Positions 27,147 through 37,360 of a stretch of DNA of 64,000 bases are shown one piece after another. The notes beneath the pieces were generated by a model that worked only from the letters and a program-made list of their open reading frames with translations, was not told the DNA's origin and made no database searches. The stretch is from contig JBKHYG010000021.1 of the NCBI GenBank assembly GCA_046565595.1, positions 1,455-65,454 of the forward strand, in the 5' to 3' direction. Position numbers and translations under genes: made by a program. Numbering within the stretch: the stretch's first letter is position 1; each line of letters opens with the position of its first letter. The stretch is from Actinomycetota bacterium. GTDB lineage: Bacteria; Actinomycetota; AC-67.

Positions 27147-30100
27147 CTACTGGTTGCGTTCCTCGCAGCGAGCGAACCGATCGAAGCCTGCGTTTCCGTC
27201 ACACCGGTCGTTACCGTTACCGCCGTCCAACAGATCGTTGCCGTCGTTGCCGGCCAACCCGTCGTTGCCGTCCTCTCCATACACCTTGTCGTTGCCGCCG
27301 CCGGCTGCGATCCGATCATGGCCACCCCGGCCCCTCAGCAGATCCGCGCGGCCGCTGCCGTACATGATGTCATCGAACCTCGACCCGAGGACGCGCTCGA
27401 TGCTCGCGAGCCGGTCGCGTCCGTGCCCGCCGCTGGCCTTGCCGGTCGTCAGGTTGACCACGACCTTGGCACCTGCGCCCTCGTACGAGATGAGGTCGCT
27501 TCCGGGACCCCCGAACAACTGGTCATCTCCGGGACCGCCCACCAGACTGTCATTGCCCTTGTTCCCGTAGATCCGGTCGTTGCCTGGGCCTCCGCGTAGA
27601 ACCTCAGAACCGGGGCCTCCGACCAGCTTGTCGTGCTTGTCGCTTCCGATCACGCGCTCGATGCCTCCCAGGGTGTCGTTACCGGCGCCTCCACTCGCCA
27701 ACGACTTGAAGAGGTTGACGACCACCCCGTAGCGCGCATCCTGATAGTCGACTACATCGGCTCCGCCTGCTCCGCCGAAGATCCGATCGGTGCCTTGCCC
27801 ACCCTGCAGGCTGTCCTGGCCGGCCTCGCCGTCCAGATAGTCGCGACCCTCGCCTCCCTCGAGGCGATCATCGCCGTCGCCGCCCTTCAGCGTGTCGTGG
27901 CCTTCACCGCCGATGAGGGTGTCGTCCCCTGGACCTCCGAAGAGCCGGTCGCCGAAGGGCGACCCTATGACGCCCTCTATCGAAGCGAAGGTGTCCTGGC
28001 CATAACTCGAGGACGAATTGGCAGCGAGGTCTACTATCACCCGGCTCGGGGCGTCCTCGAACGAGATGAAGTCTCTTCCGGCGCCTCCGTCCAGGGTGTC
28101 ATCGTCAGGGCCCCCGATGAGCACATCATCTCCGGCCTTGCCGAAGATGCGGTCGTCGCCACCTCCACCATCCAGCCGGTCAGCCCCGATGGTTCCTTGG
28201 ATCAGGTCGTCTCCCTCTCCACCGATCACCGCCTCGATCCCGGCAAGGCTGTCTCCGTCGCTGCCGTCGACCGTTCCAGCACCGAGATCGATCGTGAGGC
28301 TGAGGGCTTCATCCTCATAGGAGACGGTGTCGATCCCTGCGCCACCTATTACGGTGTCCGAGCCCGAGCCTGGTGTGATCAGGTCGTCTCCGCCGGCGCC
28401 ATCCAGGCCATTGGCGCCCGAGTCGCCCGACAAGACATCTGCTTGCGGCGATCCGATGAGGTTCTCGATGTTGGACAGCGTGTCGTTGCCTGCACCGGTC
28501 GCAGTTCCGCTCGCTAAGGATGCGACCACTCCGATCTTGGCCGTGACGAAGGACGCCGCATCCGAGCCGCCACCCCCGTCGATCGTGTCGTCGCCGCCGC
28601 CTCCGATGAAGGTTTCAGAGGCGTCGCTGCCAAGCAGCGTGTCCGCGAGAGCGGATCCGAAGATGATCTCGAAACCGGCGACCGTGTCGGTTCCGTCTCC
28701 CTCGACGGTCCCTGCGTCCAGGTCCACCGTCACGGCCGTCTGCAGCGATCGAAGGTCGAGGGTGTCGTTACCCTCCTGGCCGTCGAGTGTGTCGTCTCCG
28801 GCGCCGCCATCCAGCAGGTCGTCTCCGTCGCCCCCGGCGATCGAGTCTGCACCAGGCCCCGAGTAGATGCGGTCATCGCCAGCAGAGCCGGTGATCTGGT
28901 CATCGCCAGATCCGGTCCTGATGATCTCGAGGTTGCCGATCACATCGGCACCGTCGCCCGCGACCGTACCGGCTGTGAGGTCCACGGTCAGAGCTTGCTC
29001 GCTCGCGGTTTCGTCGAGGGTGTCGGTGCCGTCCTCGCCGTCGATCGCGTCGTCGCCGGCGCCACCTCCGAGGATGTCATCGCCTGCTCCTCCGAGGATC
29101 GTGTCGGGTCCGTCGCCTCCGAAGATCCATTGCTTGCCATCAGCGCCGGTGAGTGTGTCTCCCTGCGGACTGCCGAGCAAGATCTCTATGCCATCGAAAG
29201 CGTCGTCGCCGTCGCCGGTCGAGCGCCCGGTCGCGAACGAAGCCTCTATCGCTTCGGGGCTGTCTTGGAAGCTCAGGGTGTCAAGGCCGCTCGAACCGTG
29301 GATGGTGTCATCGTCGCCGCCCGGGATGATCGTGTCGTCCCCGCCTTGTGCGAAGAACAGGTCGCCGCCACCAAGCCCGACGAAGGTCTCGTCGGCAGCC
29401 GATCCGATGAAGAGGTCAGAGGTGTCGGTACCGGTCAGATGCTCGATCGAGGCGACGGTGTCGCGTGCGGTGCCGTGCTCTGCCAGACCGAGCTCCAGGT
29501 CTACCGACAGCGCGTCACCTGCCGGATCCCAACTGGCACGGTCGAAGCCTTCGCCACCGTCCAAGCTGTTCGAACCAGTCCCTCCCGCGACTTGGTCGTC
29601 TCCCTTGCCGGCGCTGATCGTGTCCGCACCCGCTGCCCCGTCGAGGACATCGTCGCCTGCCAGGCCGGTCAAGACATCGTCCCCACCCAGACCCAGAAGC
29701 GTGTTCGCCGAAGCGTTGCCGGTGAGCCGATCGTTGCCGGCCGTGCCTGTCACATCTTCGATGTCGCCGGGGGTGAGCGAGTCGACGCCTTCGCCGCTGG
29801 AGGTCCCGGCGGTCAGATCGACCACCACGCCAGCGGTGACCGCGAACGAGAGGTGATCGCGGCCGTCTCCCCCGCTGACGGCGTCATTCCCGCTGCCTGG
29901 ACGCAGATCATCGTCGCCGTCTCCGCCGGCGAGCACATCCGAACCGACACCGGCGTCGAGGATGTCGTTGCCCTCCCCGCCATCCAGATCGTCGTCCCCC
30001 GCTCCGCCGTTCAACTCGTCGTCGCCACCGCCGCCTGTCAGCTCATCGTTTCCGTCACCACCGATCAGCACATCATCGCCGTCACCACCGATCAGCACAT

Positions 30101-30551
30101 CGTTGCCGCCGCCCCCGTCCAGTTTGTTCGCTGCTGACGATCCGGTGATGTTGTCCGAGTTGACCGTCCCGACGACATCCTCGATGTTCTGGACGGTCAG
30201 GGACCCGAATCCGGTTGCCTGACTGGAAGTGTTTGACAGGTCGATCGTGAAGCCTTGACTGGCAGAGACGATCTCGTAGTGGCTCGCATCGATCGTGTCC
30301 ACACCGGCGCCGCCGTCGATCGAATCGTCACCACCGCCGGTCAGGAACACATCGTTTCCGCCTTGGCCCAGGAATGTCTGGGCGCTGGCGTTGCCGCACA
30401 GAACATCGTCTCCCGAGGTTCCTATGATCACAGGCGCTGTAGGGACACTGTTCGTGCAGGTCAGATGGTCAGCGTTCGCTGGGAGCGCGAACACGAGGGG
30501 CAGCAGGAGGCCGGAAATGGCCGCGGTCGTGCGGCCGATGCGGGAAGGCAT
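27147..30551 (-). CDS. giant secreted RTX/hemolysin-type calcium-binding repeat protein
   Basis: 1134 aa from MPSRIGRTTAAISGLLLPLVFALPANA (signal peptide); dozens of GGxGxDxL nonapeptide repeats (GGDGDDVLIGGDGNDELTGGGGDDELNGGAGDDDLDGGEGNDIL); highly repetitive DNA. Confidence 0.8.
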   Translation of the reverse strand: MPSRIGRTTAAISGLLLPLVFALPANADHLTCTNSVPTAPVIIGTSGDDVLCGNASAQTFLGQGGNDVFLTGGGDDSIDGGAGVDTIDASHYEIVSASQGFTIDLSNTSSQATGFGSLTVQNIEDVVGTVNSDNITGSSAANKLDGGGGNDVLIGGDGDDVLIGGDGNDELTGGGGDDELNGGAGDDDLDGGEGNDILDAGVGSDVLAGGDGDDDLRPGSGNDAVSGGDGRDHLSFAVTAGVVVDLTAGTSSGEGVDSLTPGDIEDVTGTAGNDRLTGNASANTLLGLGGDDVLTGLAGDDVLDGAAGADTISAGKGDDQVAGGTGSNSLDGGEGFDRASWDPAGDALSVDLELGLAEHGTARDTVASIEHLTGTDTSDLFIGSAADETFVGLGGGDLFFAQGGDDTIIPGGDDDTIHGSSGLDTLSFQDSPEAIEASFATGRSTGDGDDAFDGIEILLGSPQGDTLTGADGKQWIFGGDGPDTILGGAGDDILGGGAGDDAIDGEDGTDTLDETASEQALTVDLTAGTVAGDGADVIGNLEIIRTGSGDDQITGSAGDDRIYSGPGADSIAGGDGDDLLDGGAGDDTLDGQEGNDTLDLRSLQTAVTVDLDAGTVEGDGTDTVAGFEIIFGSALADTLLGSDASETFIGGGGDDTIDGGGGSDAASFVTAKIGVVASLASGTATGAGNDTLSNIENLIGSPQADVLSGDSGANGLDGAGGDDLITPGSGSDTVIGGAGIDTVSYEDEALSLTIDLGAGTVDGSDGDSLAGIEAVIGGEGDDLIQGTIGADRLDGGGGDDRIFGKAGDDVLIGGPDDDTLDGGAGRDFISFEDAPSRVIVDLAANSSSSYGQDTFASIEGVIGSPFGDRLFGGPGDDTLIGGEGHDTLKGGDGDDRLEGGEGRDYLDGEAGQDSLQGGQGTDRIFGGAGGADVVDYQDARYGVVVNLFKSLASGGAGNDTLGGIERVIGSDKHDKLVGGPGSEVLRGGPGNDRIYGNKGNDSLVGGPGDDQLFGGPGSDLISYEGAGAKVVVNLTTGKASGGHGRDRLASIERVLGSRFDDIMYGSGRADLLRGRGGHDRIAAGGGNDKVYGEDGNDGLAGNDGNDLLDGGNGNDRCDGNAGFDRFARCEERNQ

Positions 30552-30591
30552 GGACACAATGTCACCAGACCTCGGATGTCCCCGCAAGCGC

Positions 30592-31950
30592 TCACATGGA
30601 AGAGATGAGGCGTTCGACCCGTTCGTCGTGCGCCCTGAAGGGGTCTTTGCATAACACGGTTCGCTGCGCCTGGTCATTCAGCTTCAGATGTACCCAGTCC
30701 ACCGTGAAATCCCGCCGTCTGGCCTTGGCGCGCTTGATGAATTCGCCACGCAACCTGGCCCTGGTCGTCTGCGGCGGCGCCTCTGTCGCCTCCTCGATCT
30801 GATCATCTGTCACGACACGCTGCATCCGGCCCTTGGTCGTCAGCAGATGCGCCAAGCCTCGCGTCCTGGTCACATCGTGGTATGCGAGATCCAACAGCGC
30901 GACCTTGGGATGGCCAAGCGGCAGGTCATCTCGCGAACGGAAGGCCTCGATGAGGTTCCGCTTGGTCACCCAGTCCAGCTTGCCGTCCAGGACATCCAGC
31001 CGGCCGGTGCGCAGCGCATCGAGGGTCGCTGCCCAATCATCTAGGACCTGCTGCCTGAGCGGATCGAGCCCTCGCCGCTCGCAGAAGTTCGCGACCTTCT
31101 CCAGGTAGGCCTCCTGGATGTCTAGGGCGCTCATCTCCCGGCCCGCGGTCAGTCGAACCGGTTTCGAGAAGGTCAGGTCGTGGCTGATCTCGCGGATGGC
31201 GCGGATCGGGTTCTCGATCGTCAGGTCCCTCATCGTCTGACCCTCTTCCAGCATCCGCAGGATCAGGTCGGTCGTGCCCACCTTCAGAAGCGTCGTGTAC
31301 TCGCTCATGTTGGAGTCTCCGACGATCACATGCAGCCTTCGGTACTTCTCCGCATCCGCGTGCGGCTCATCACGGGTGTTGATGATCGGCCTGGATCGGG
31401 TGGTGGCGCTGCTCACTCCCTCCCAGATGTGTTCGGCTCGCTGGGCAAGAGTGAAGGTCGCGCCACGCGGGGTCTGCAGGATCTTGCCCGCCCCCGCGAA
31501 CACCTGCCGGGTAACCAGGAACGGGATCAACACATCGGCGATCTTCTGGAACTCGCCGTATCTAGAGACCAGGTAGTTCTCGTGACACCCATACGAGTTA
31601 CCTGCCGAGTCGGTGTTGTTCTTGAACAGGTAGATGTCTCCGGCGATCCCTTCCTCGTGGAGTCGCCGTTCGGCCGATCTGAGAAGGCCCTCGAGGATCC
31701 GCTCCCCCGCCTTATCGTGAGCGACGAGTTCCTTCAGGTCATCACATTCGGGGGTCGCGTATTCGGGATGGCTGCCGACATCCAGATAGAGGCGTGCGCC
31801 GTTCTCGAGGAACACATTGGAGCTGCGCCCCCAACTGACGACCCGCCGGAACAGGTAACGAGCCACCTCGTCTGGGGATAGCCGTCGCTGTCCTCGGAAG
31901 GTGCAGGTGATCCCGTACTCGGTCTCCAGGCCGTAGATGCGACGCTCCAC
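30592..31950 (-). CDS. pafA: Pup–protein ligase PafA
   Basis: GTG start at 31950 gives [13 protein letters not shown]; conserved [40 protein letters not shown]; 452 aa. Confidence 0.85.
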   Translation of the reverse strand: MERRIYGLETEYGITCTFRGQRRLSPDEVARYLFRRVVSWGRSSNVFLENGARLYLDVGSHPEYATPECDDLKELVAHDKAGERILEGLLRSAERRLHEEGIAGDIYLFKNNTDSAGNSYGCHENYLVSRYGEFQKIADVLIPFLVTRQVFAGAGKILQTPRGATFTLAQRAEHIWEGVSSATTRSRPIINTRDEPHADAEKYRRLHVIVGDSNMSEYTTLLKVGTTDLILRMLEEGQTMRDLTIENPIRAIREISHDLTFSKPVRLTAGREMSALDIQEAYLEKVANFCERRGLDPLRQQVLDDWAATLDALRTGRLDVLDGKLDWVTKRNLIEAFRSRDDLPLGHPKVALLDLAYHDVTRTRGLAHLLTTKGRMQRVVTDDQIEEATEAPPQTTRARLRGEFIKRAKARRRDFTVDWVHLKLNDQAQRTVLCKDPFRAHDERVERLISSM

Positions 31951-32008
31951 ACCCGGAGGATACGAGCCGACAGGTCCAGACGGGCCAACGCCGCTACCCT
32001 TGCGTCCC

Positions 32009-32962
32009 ATGTTCTGGTTAGCTGCCATCGGATGGCGCGTCATCGACCGGTTCCGTTTCGGCCCGATCGAGATATCTCCTCATGGGATCGGTATCGCGGC
32101 CGGCTTCCTTGCCGGCGGTTCGCTCCTTGCCCGTCGCGCCGAGAGGATCCTCGGCATCCGCAAGGAACACACCTGGAACATGCTCATGTGGGCGATCGTC
32201 GGCGTCATCATCGGCGCCCGGCTGGCCTTCGTGATCGGCAATCCCGACCTGTTCTTCCCCGACGATCCGCTCGGTGTCTTCCGGATCTGGGAGGGCGGCG
32301 TGGCCCTCTACGGAGGCATCTTCGGGGGCATACTCGCCGCGATCCCGTACCAGAGGAAGCATGGGCTGCCTTCGATCGAGCTGCTCGATGCTGCCGCACC
32401 CGGATTCCCGCTCGGCATCGCGATCGGACGCATCGGCGATCTGATCATCGGGGACCACCTCGGGTCCTCGACCGATTTCTTCCTGGGTTACCGCTACCTC
32501 GGCGGTCCTCTGCCTGACCGGACCCTGGCGGTCGGAGAGGTCGTCCACCAGACCGCGCTCTACGACATGCTGATCGCCGCGATCATCTTCCCAGTGGTCA
32601 TGGTGCTATCCCGCCGGCATCTCGCACGAGGACGGCTCATCGCTATGACCGCGATGCTCTACGCGGCGGGCCGCTTCGTGACCGATTTCTCTAGGACCGA
32701 GGTGGCATCCTTCGGTGGCCTCTACGGAACCCAGTGGACCTCTATCGCGCTCATCCTCGCGGGTGCGGCGTGGCTGTCACGCCGCCCGCGACGCGGCTAC
32801 ACGCTCCCGCTGGATCAGCCGCTGCACGAGCCGGCTGTCATCGCCGACGACGAGCCCGATCTTGGCGGCTTCCCTGAAGAAGGACCCAGCGGTGTTGGGC
32901 CCGCTCCGGGCGATGCCTCCGGGGATGACCCTGTCAGTCCCGCCGGGGATCCGCGCAGCTAG
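32009..32962 (+). CDS. lgt: prolipoprotein diacylglyceryl transferase
   Basis: Lgt motifs [31 protein letters not shown]; low-complexity C-terminal tail; start taken at MFWLAAIGW (32009). Confidence 0.7.
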   Translation: MFWLAAIGWRVIDRFRFGPIEISPHGIGIAAGFLAGGSLLARRAERILGIRKEHTWNMLMWAIVGVIIGARLAFVIGNPDLFFPDDPLGVFRIWEGGVALYGGIFGGILAAIPYQRKHGLPSIELLDAAAPGFPLGIAIGRIGDLIIGDHLGSSTDFFLGYRYLGGPLPDRTLAVGEVVHQTALYDMLIAAIIFPVVMVLSRRHLARGRLIAMTAMLYAAGRFVTDFSRTEVASFGGLYGTQWTSIALILAGAAWLSRRPRRGYTLPLDQPLHEPAVIADDEPDLGGFPEEGPSGVGPAPGDASGDDPVSPAGDPRS

Positions 32963-34144
32963 CCAATCGTCGAGGGCCTCCGCTGCTTCTCGAGCCTCTT
33001 CGGCATCGTCGAATATCAGTCTCACGGCGATCGCAGAATCCGAGCGCGACCGGACGGTCTCGTAGCGGCCTCCTCCCCACCCCTCCCCCACCTTCACTGC
33101 GACCCCTTCGGTCAACCCGGTCCCCAGTTCCGAGTCTCCGTCGATCGTTGTGACGAGATCGAACATCCCGAAGGCTCCGGTCGAGACCCGCTCTATGCCT
33201 TCCAAGGAGGCGAACGGCCCGACCGGGATCGCCTTCTCGCGGGAGAGGTAGCGCTGCGGGTCGTAGATCTGCTCGCTCGTGGTGGGCGGTTCTTGGTAGG
33301 CGCGGTTGACCAACGCCCAGCCTTCGTGCTCGAGGAGTGCCCCGACGAACCTCTCCCCCATCTCGTAGGGGAATCTCGTGCTATCGACCAGGAACTCAGG
33401 TGCATCCACATCGAAGTCTTCGGCTTCGAAGTCCCGCAGCATCTGCTGGCGTTCGGCGGCGGTCATGAAGCGTCGCATCCAGCGAACCGCGGTGATGTCC
33501 GCATCACCCTCGGATAGCGCCTGCATCGCGAGGCCAGCGTCGTAGCTTTCCCGATCCTCGAAGAGCTCTTCGAGCACCGACAGTTCGAAGTGTTGATCCA
33601 CCAAGGCATGAGCAAGTTCGTGGGCTGCATAGAAGCGACCAGCCTGCGACAGCTCTCCGCCGCGTTCGGTCGTCACGAAGAAGTGGCGGTCCTCGGGTCG
33701 GTAGAAGCCAGCGATCGTGCCCGAGTAGAACTCGCGCAGGATCTCGACGAGGTTCGCGTCATCAGAGAGCAGGCCTAGATGCCTAAGCGAGAGGGCATCG
33801 GCCTCCAGTTCCGACGGGTCAACATCCTGGTCGATCTGTTGGTTGATGATCTGCCTCATCCCTGCCCTGGTGATCACCTTGACGGTGAAGGCCCCGGTGA
33901 ACCGCAGCCCTCGGATGCGCTCGACCTGTTGAGCGATACTGCGGATGGCCGGAGGAAGATCCTCCAGCGGCGACACCGCCGGGGGCTCCTCCCCTGGAGG
34001 CTGCGTGGTCGCCGAAGGCAAGGGAGGCAACGGCGGAAGCGGCTCGAGCGTCGAGGGGCGCAGTACCGTCAGCCTGAAGATCGAGCCCAGTAACGCTGCG
34101 GCGGCGAGCAGGGCTATGACCCCTCGCGCCCGGCCCCAGATCAT
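32777..34144 (-). CDS. putative secreted/membrane-anchored zinc metallopeptidase (HExxH)
   Basis: N-terminal TM VIALLAAAALLGSIF; HELAHAL motif; ATGA overlap with the prcA stop (34141-34144). Confidence 0.5.
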   Translation of the reverse strand: MIWGRARGVIALLAAAALLGSIFRLTVLRPSTLEPLPPLPPLPSATTQPPGEEPPAVSPLEDLPPAIRSIAQQVERIRGLRFTGAFTVKVITRAGMRQIINQQIDQDVDPSELEADALSLRHLGLLSDDANLVEILREFYSGTIAGFYRPEDRHFFVTTERGGELSQAGRFYAAHELAHALVDQHFELSVLEELFEDRESYDAGLAMQALSEGDADITAVRWMRRFMTAAERQQMLRDFEAEDFDVDAPEFLVDSTRFPYEMGERFVGALLEHEGWALVNRAYQEPPTTSEQIYDPQRYLSREKAIPVGPFASLEGIERVSTGAFGMFDLVTTIDGDSELGTGLTEGVAVKVGEGWGGGRYETVRSRSDSAIAVRLIFDDAEEAREAAEALDDWLAARIPGGTDRVIPGGIARSGPNTAGSFFREAAKIGLVVGDDSRLVQRLIQRERVAASRAA

Positions 34145-34830
34145 CCCTGCAGCAACTGTGCGATCTCGGGCGACTCGAGGCGCCTGAAGGCGCGTCGCGG
34201 CGCTTCACGAGCCAGCAGCGCAACCTCCAATGCGTCCGGATCGAGCTCGCGTTCCTCTCCGGATGCGCTCTTCAAGGCCTCGATCCCAAGCTTGGTTGCC
34301 GCAGGTAGATCGAGGCCGGGCTGATAACCCTGGCTGAGCAGATCGACGAGGGCCTCAGCGTGGCCTCCCATGGCCATGAAACCGGTCTCGTCGTAGAGGC
34401 TGCCGTCGTAGACGACCCGATATAGCTCGTCACGATCCTGGGTCGCCCCCACCTGGGCGACGAGCACCTCTACCTCGAAGGGCTTCATCTGTTCGGTGAA
34501 GACCGATCCGATCGCCTGTGCGTACGCGTTCGCGATCGCCTTGGCGGTCACATCCTCGCGGCCGTAGGAGTACCCCTTCATGTCTGCCAGCCGAACACCA
34601 GCTATCCGCAGGTTCTCGAACTCGTTGTACTTGCCGACCGCAGCGAAAGCGATACGGTCGTACAGTTCGCCGATCTTGTGAAGCGTGGCACTGGGGTTCT
34701 CTGCGACGATCAGGATGCCAGGCGCGGATTCGATGGCGACGATCGAACGCCCCCTCGCGATCCCTTTCCGCGCGTAGTCCGCGCGGTCCTTCATCACCTG
34801 CTCTGGCGAAACATAGTAAGGCATCGCCAT
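34141..34830 (-). CDS. prcA: 20S proteasome alpha subunit
   Basis: N-term [29 protein letters not shown], matching actinobacterial PrcA. Confidence 0.9.
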   Translation of the reverse strand: MAMPYYVSPEQVMKDRADYARKGIARGRSIVAIESAPGILIVAENPSATLHKIGELYDRIAFAAVGKYNEFENLRIAGVRLADMKGYSYGREDVTAKAIANAYAQAIGSVFTEQMKPFEVEVLVAQVGATQDRDELYRVVYDGSLYDETGFMAMGGHAEALVDLLSQGYQPGLDLPAATKLGIEALKSASGEERELDPDALEVALLAREAPRRAFRRLESPEIAQLLQG

Positions 34831-35630
34831 CAGAGGGCTCCCTCATCTGCGAGCTCTGCGGTTATCGTCGCCAGGGTGGCGTCGGGCACGCGCAGGTACC
34901 CATCCGATGTGACGGTCGCCACGATCGGGAAGATGCCGCGCACCAGGTCGGGTCCTCCGGTCGCGGCGTCCTCCTGAGCAGCGTCTGCCAGCGCACGGAC
35001 CGCCAACTTGATCGCGTCGTCGTTCGCGATCCCTGGCTTCCACTCACGACGCAGCGTACCTCGGGCATGCACCCCGCCCGAGCCGGTCGCATGGAACTGG
35101 GTCTCCTCGTAACGGCCGCCCACCGCGTCGTAGCGGTATATCCGACCCTCACCTCGACGATCGTCATAGCCGGAGAAGACCGGGACGACGACCAACCCTT
35201 GCATGGCCATCGGGAAGTTGGCCCGGATCATCTGCGCCAACCGGTTTGCCTTGCCTTCCAGCGAGAGGTTCTCACCTTCTAGTTTCTCGTAATGCTCGAG
35301 CTCGGTCTGGAAGAGCCGCACCATCTCGATCGCAGGTCCGGCAGCGCCCGCGATCGCGACCGCCGAGAACCGATCGGCAGGGAACACCTTCTCCATCTTC
35401 CGGTCCGCGATCGTGTGGCCCTCGGTGGCCCGTCTGTCACCCGCAACGACGACACCGTCTGAGGTGACCATGGCGAGGATGGTCGTACCTTCGGGGAAGG
35501 TCACCATGCCGCCGGGGCTCTGGGGATGTGTGGCCTCAGGCGTGACCGTCCGCAGTAGATCCACGAAGGACGGGTTTGGTTCGAACGAGAACGCGGCCTT
35601 GGTCCAGGCCGTCGGGAAGTCCTTGCTCAC
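34830..35630 (-). CDS. prcB: 20S proteasome beta subunit (propeptide followed by catalytic Thr)
   Basis: Cleavage site ...[23 protein letters not shown]; immediately downstream of pup. Confidence 0.9.
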   Translation of the reverse strand: MSKDFPTAWTKAAFSFEPNPSFVDLLRTVTPEATHPQSPGGMVTFPEGTTILAMVTSDGVVVAGDRRATEGHTIADRKMEKVFPADRFSAVAIAGAAGPAIEMVRLFQTELEHYEKLEGENLSLEGKANRLAQMIRANFPMAMQGLVVVPVFSGYDDRRGEGRIYRYDAVGGRYEETQFHATGSGGVHARGTLRREWKPGIANDDAIKLAVRALADAAQEDAATGGPDLVRGIFPIVATVTSDGYLRVPDATLATITAELADEGAL

Positions 35631-35818
35631 TGGCCGCCCTTCTGGACATAGGACCTGACGAATTCCTCGGCGTTGGTCTCCAACACCTCATCGATCTCGT
35701 CGAGGATGTCGTCCAGGTCTTCCTTCAGATCTTCAGCGGTTTCGGTCGCCTCTGGGGCGTCCTCGACCTGCTGGTCTGCGGTCTCACCCTGTGTCTTCTT
35801 CTGGCGTTGTTCAGCCAT
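35627..35818 (-). CDS. pup: prokaryotic ubiquitin-like protein Pup (C-terminal GGQ)
   Basis: 63 aa acidic protein ending ...[10 protein letters not shown]. Confidence 0.9.
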   Translation of the reverse strand: MAEQRQKKTQGETADQQVEDAPEATETAEDLKEDLDDILDEIDEVLETNAEEFVRSYVQKGGQ

Positions 35819-35847
35819 GGTTCACCTCGCTGTGATGGACACCCATC

Positions 35848-37350
35848 CTACGAGCGTGGAGGGACATCGCCCGGCGCGCCGCGTAGGGCCGCCACCAAAG
35901 CTTCGGCATCCTCGGCCTGCTCGAGGATCTCACCGACCATCTCCTCGGTCCCCTTCAACGGCTCGTGCATGGGCAGCCTCTGCAGCCGGTCGCCGCCCAG
36001 ATCGAAGATGATCGAGTCCCACGAGGCGGCCGCGACCCGGTCCCCGAACCTCTCCAGGACCTTGCCCCGGAAGTAGGCGCGGGTGTCGTTCGGCGGCTCG
36101 GTCATCGCTCGATCAACAGATGCGTCGTCGGTCAGGCGCTCGAGCTTGCCGCTGCGTTCCAGGACATAAGAGATGCCCTTGCTACGACGGACATCGTGGT
36201 ACTGCAGATCCAGCATATGCAGCTTGGCGTGACGAGCATCCAGCGAGTGCTTCTCCCGATACTCCTGCAAGACCTTGTATTTCGCGACCCAATCGATCGT
36301 CCTAGACATGCTCATCGGATCTCGTTCGAGTCCAGCGAGGGCCTCCTCCCAGCGCCTGAGTATGTCCGGACCCCAGTCAGGGAGGTCGGCTCGGGTCGCC
36401 CATTTCGAGACGGACTCATGCAAGAGCCACTGGACCTGGACGGGCGTCATCGAACGGCCGTCCTTCAACCGGATCTGCTCGGCGCAGGTTATGTCTCGAG
36501 AGATGCGGCGCAGCGTCGCGACAGGCTTGTCGATGTGGAGGTCTTCGGGAGCCTGATCATCCTCGAGCATGGACAGGATCAAGGCTGTCACACCCGTCTT
36601 CAGCCAGGTCGCTACCTCGCTCATGTTCGCATCGCCGATGATCACATGCAGGCGCCGGTACTTCTCCGGATCCGCATGCGGTTCGTCGCGCGTGTTGACG
36701 ATCGGCCGCTTGAGCGTGGTCTCAAGTCCGACCTCGACCTCGAAGAAGTCTGCCCTCTGGCTGATCCGGTACGGCTGTTCCTCGTCTCGGTCGGTGAGCA
36801 GGCCGGCACCCAGGTAGACCTGACGGGTCACGAAGTGCGGGATCATCAGCTCCACGATCGCCGGGAACGGGATCTGCCGCGAGACCAGATAGTTCTCGTG
36901 ACAGCCGTAGGAGACCCCCTTGTTGTCGGTGTTGTTCTTGTAGACCAGGAACCTGCGGCCGTCGGGGAAGCGCGCACCAGCCATCTCGATGGCTGATTCC
37001 ATGATCCGCTCCCCCGCCCGGTCGTGTACGACGAGGTCGTAAGGGTCGGTGCATTCGGGGGTCGAGTACTCCGGGTGGGCATGATCGACATAGAAGCGCG
37101 CACCGTTGGTCAGAACGACGCTCGCCAGCCCTAGATCCTCATCGGTCGGAGCATCCAAGAGAACCGCGGTCTCGAACCCTCGAGCGTCCCGCAGGGGATG
37201 TTCATCTTCGAAGTCCCACCGGATGCGTCGGAGCTCGCCCGCGTACGAGGTCACCACCGCGCTGGATGCGGTGACCGGGTTCCAGTCCTCGACACCGGTT
37301 ACGGTGATGCCGTATTCGGTCTCGATCCCAAGGATCTTCGGGATGGCCAC
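35848..37350 (-). CDS. dop: Pup deamidase/depupylase Dop
   Basis: N-term ILGIETEYGITVTG, carboxylate-amine ligase (PafA/Dop) fold; 500 aa. Confidence 0.85.
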   Translation of the reverse strand: MAIPKILGIETEYGITVTGVEDWNPVTASSAVVTSYAGELRRIRWDFEDEHPLRDARGFETAVLLDAPTDEDLGLASVVLTNGARFYVDHAHPEYSTPECTDPYDLVVHDRAGERIMESAIEMAGARFPDGRRFLVYKNNTDNKGVSYGCHENYLVSRQIPFPAIVELMIPHFVTRQVYLGAGLLTDRDEEQPYRISQRADFFEVEVGLETTLKRPIVNTRDEPHADPEKYRRLHVIIGDANMSEVATWLKTGVTALILSMLEDDQAPEDLHIDKPVATLRRISRDITCAEQIRLKDGRSMTPVQVQWLLHESVSKWATRADLPDWGPDILRRWEEALAGLERDPMSMSRTIDWVAKYKVLQEYREKHSLDARHAKLHMLDLQYHDVRRSKGISYVLERSGKLERLTDDASVDRAMTEPPNDTRAYFRGKVLERFGDRVAAASWDSIIFDLGGDRLQRLPMHEPLKGTEEMVGEILEQAEDAEALVAALRGAPGDVPPRS

Positions 37351-37360
37351 GCGTCAGAGC

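Noticed and set aside
27147-30677. Longer RTX protein start at 30677 overlapping the pafA 3' end
   Set aside because: The extra 42 N-terminal residues are Arg/Ser-rich with no signal peptide. The internal ATG at 30551 gives a canonical signal peptide (LLLPLVFALPANA) and leaves a clean 40-bp gap after the pafA stop.
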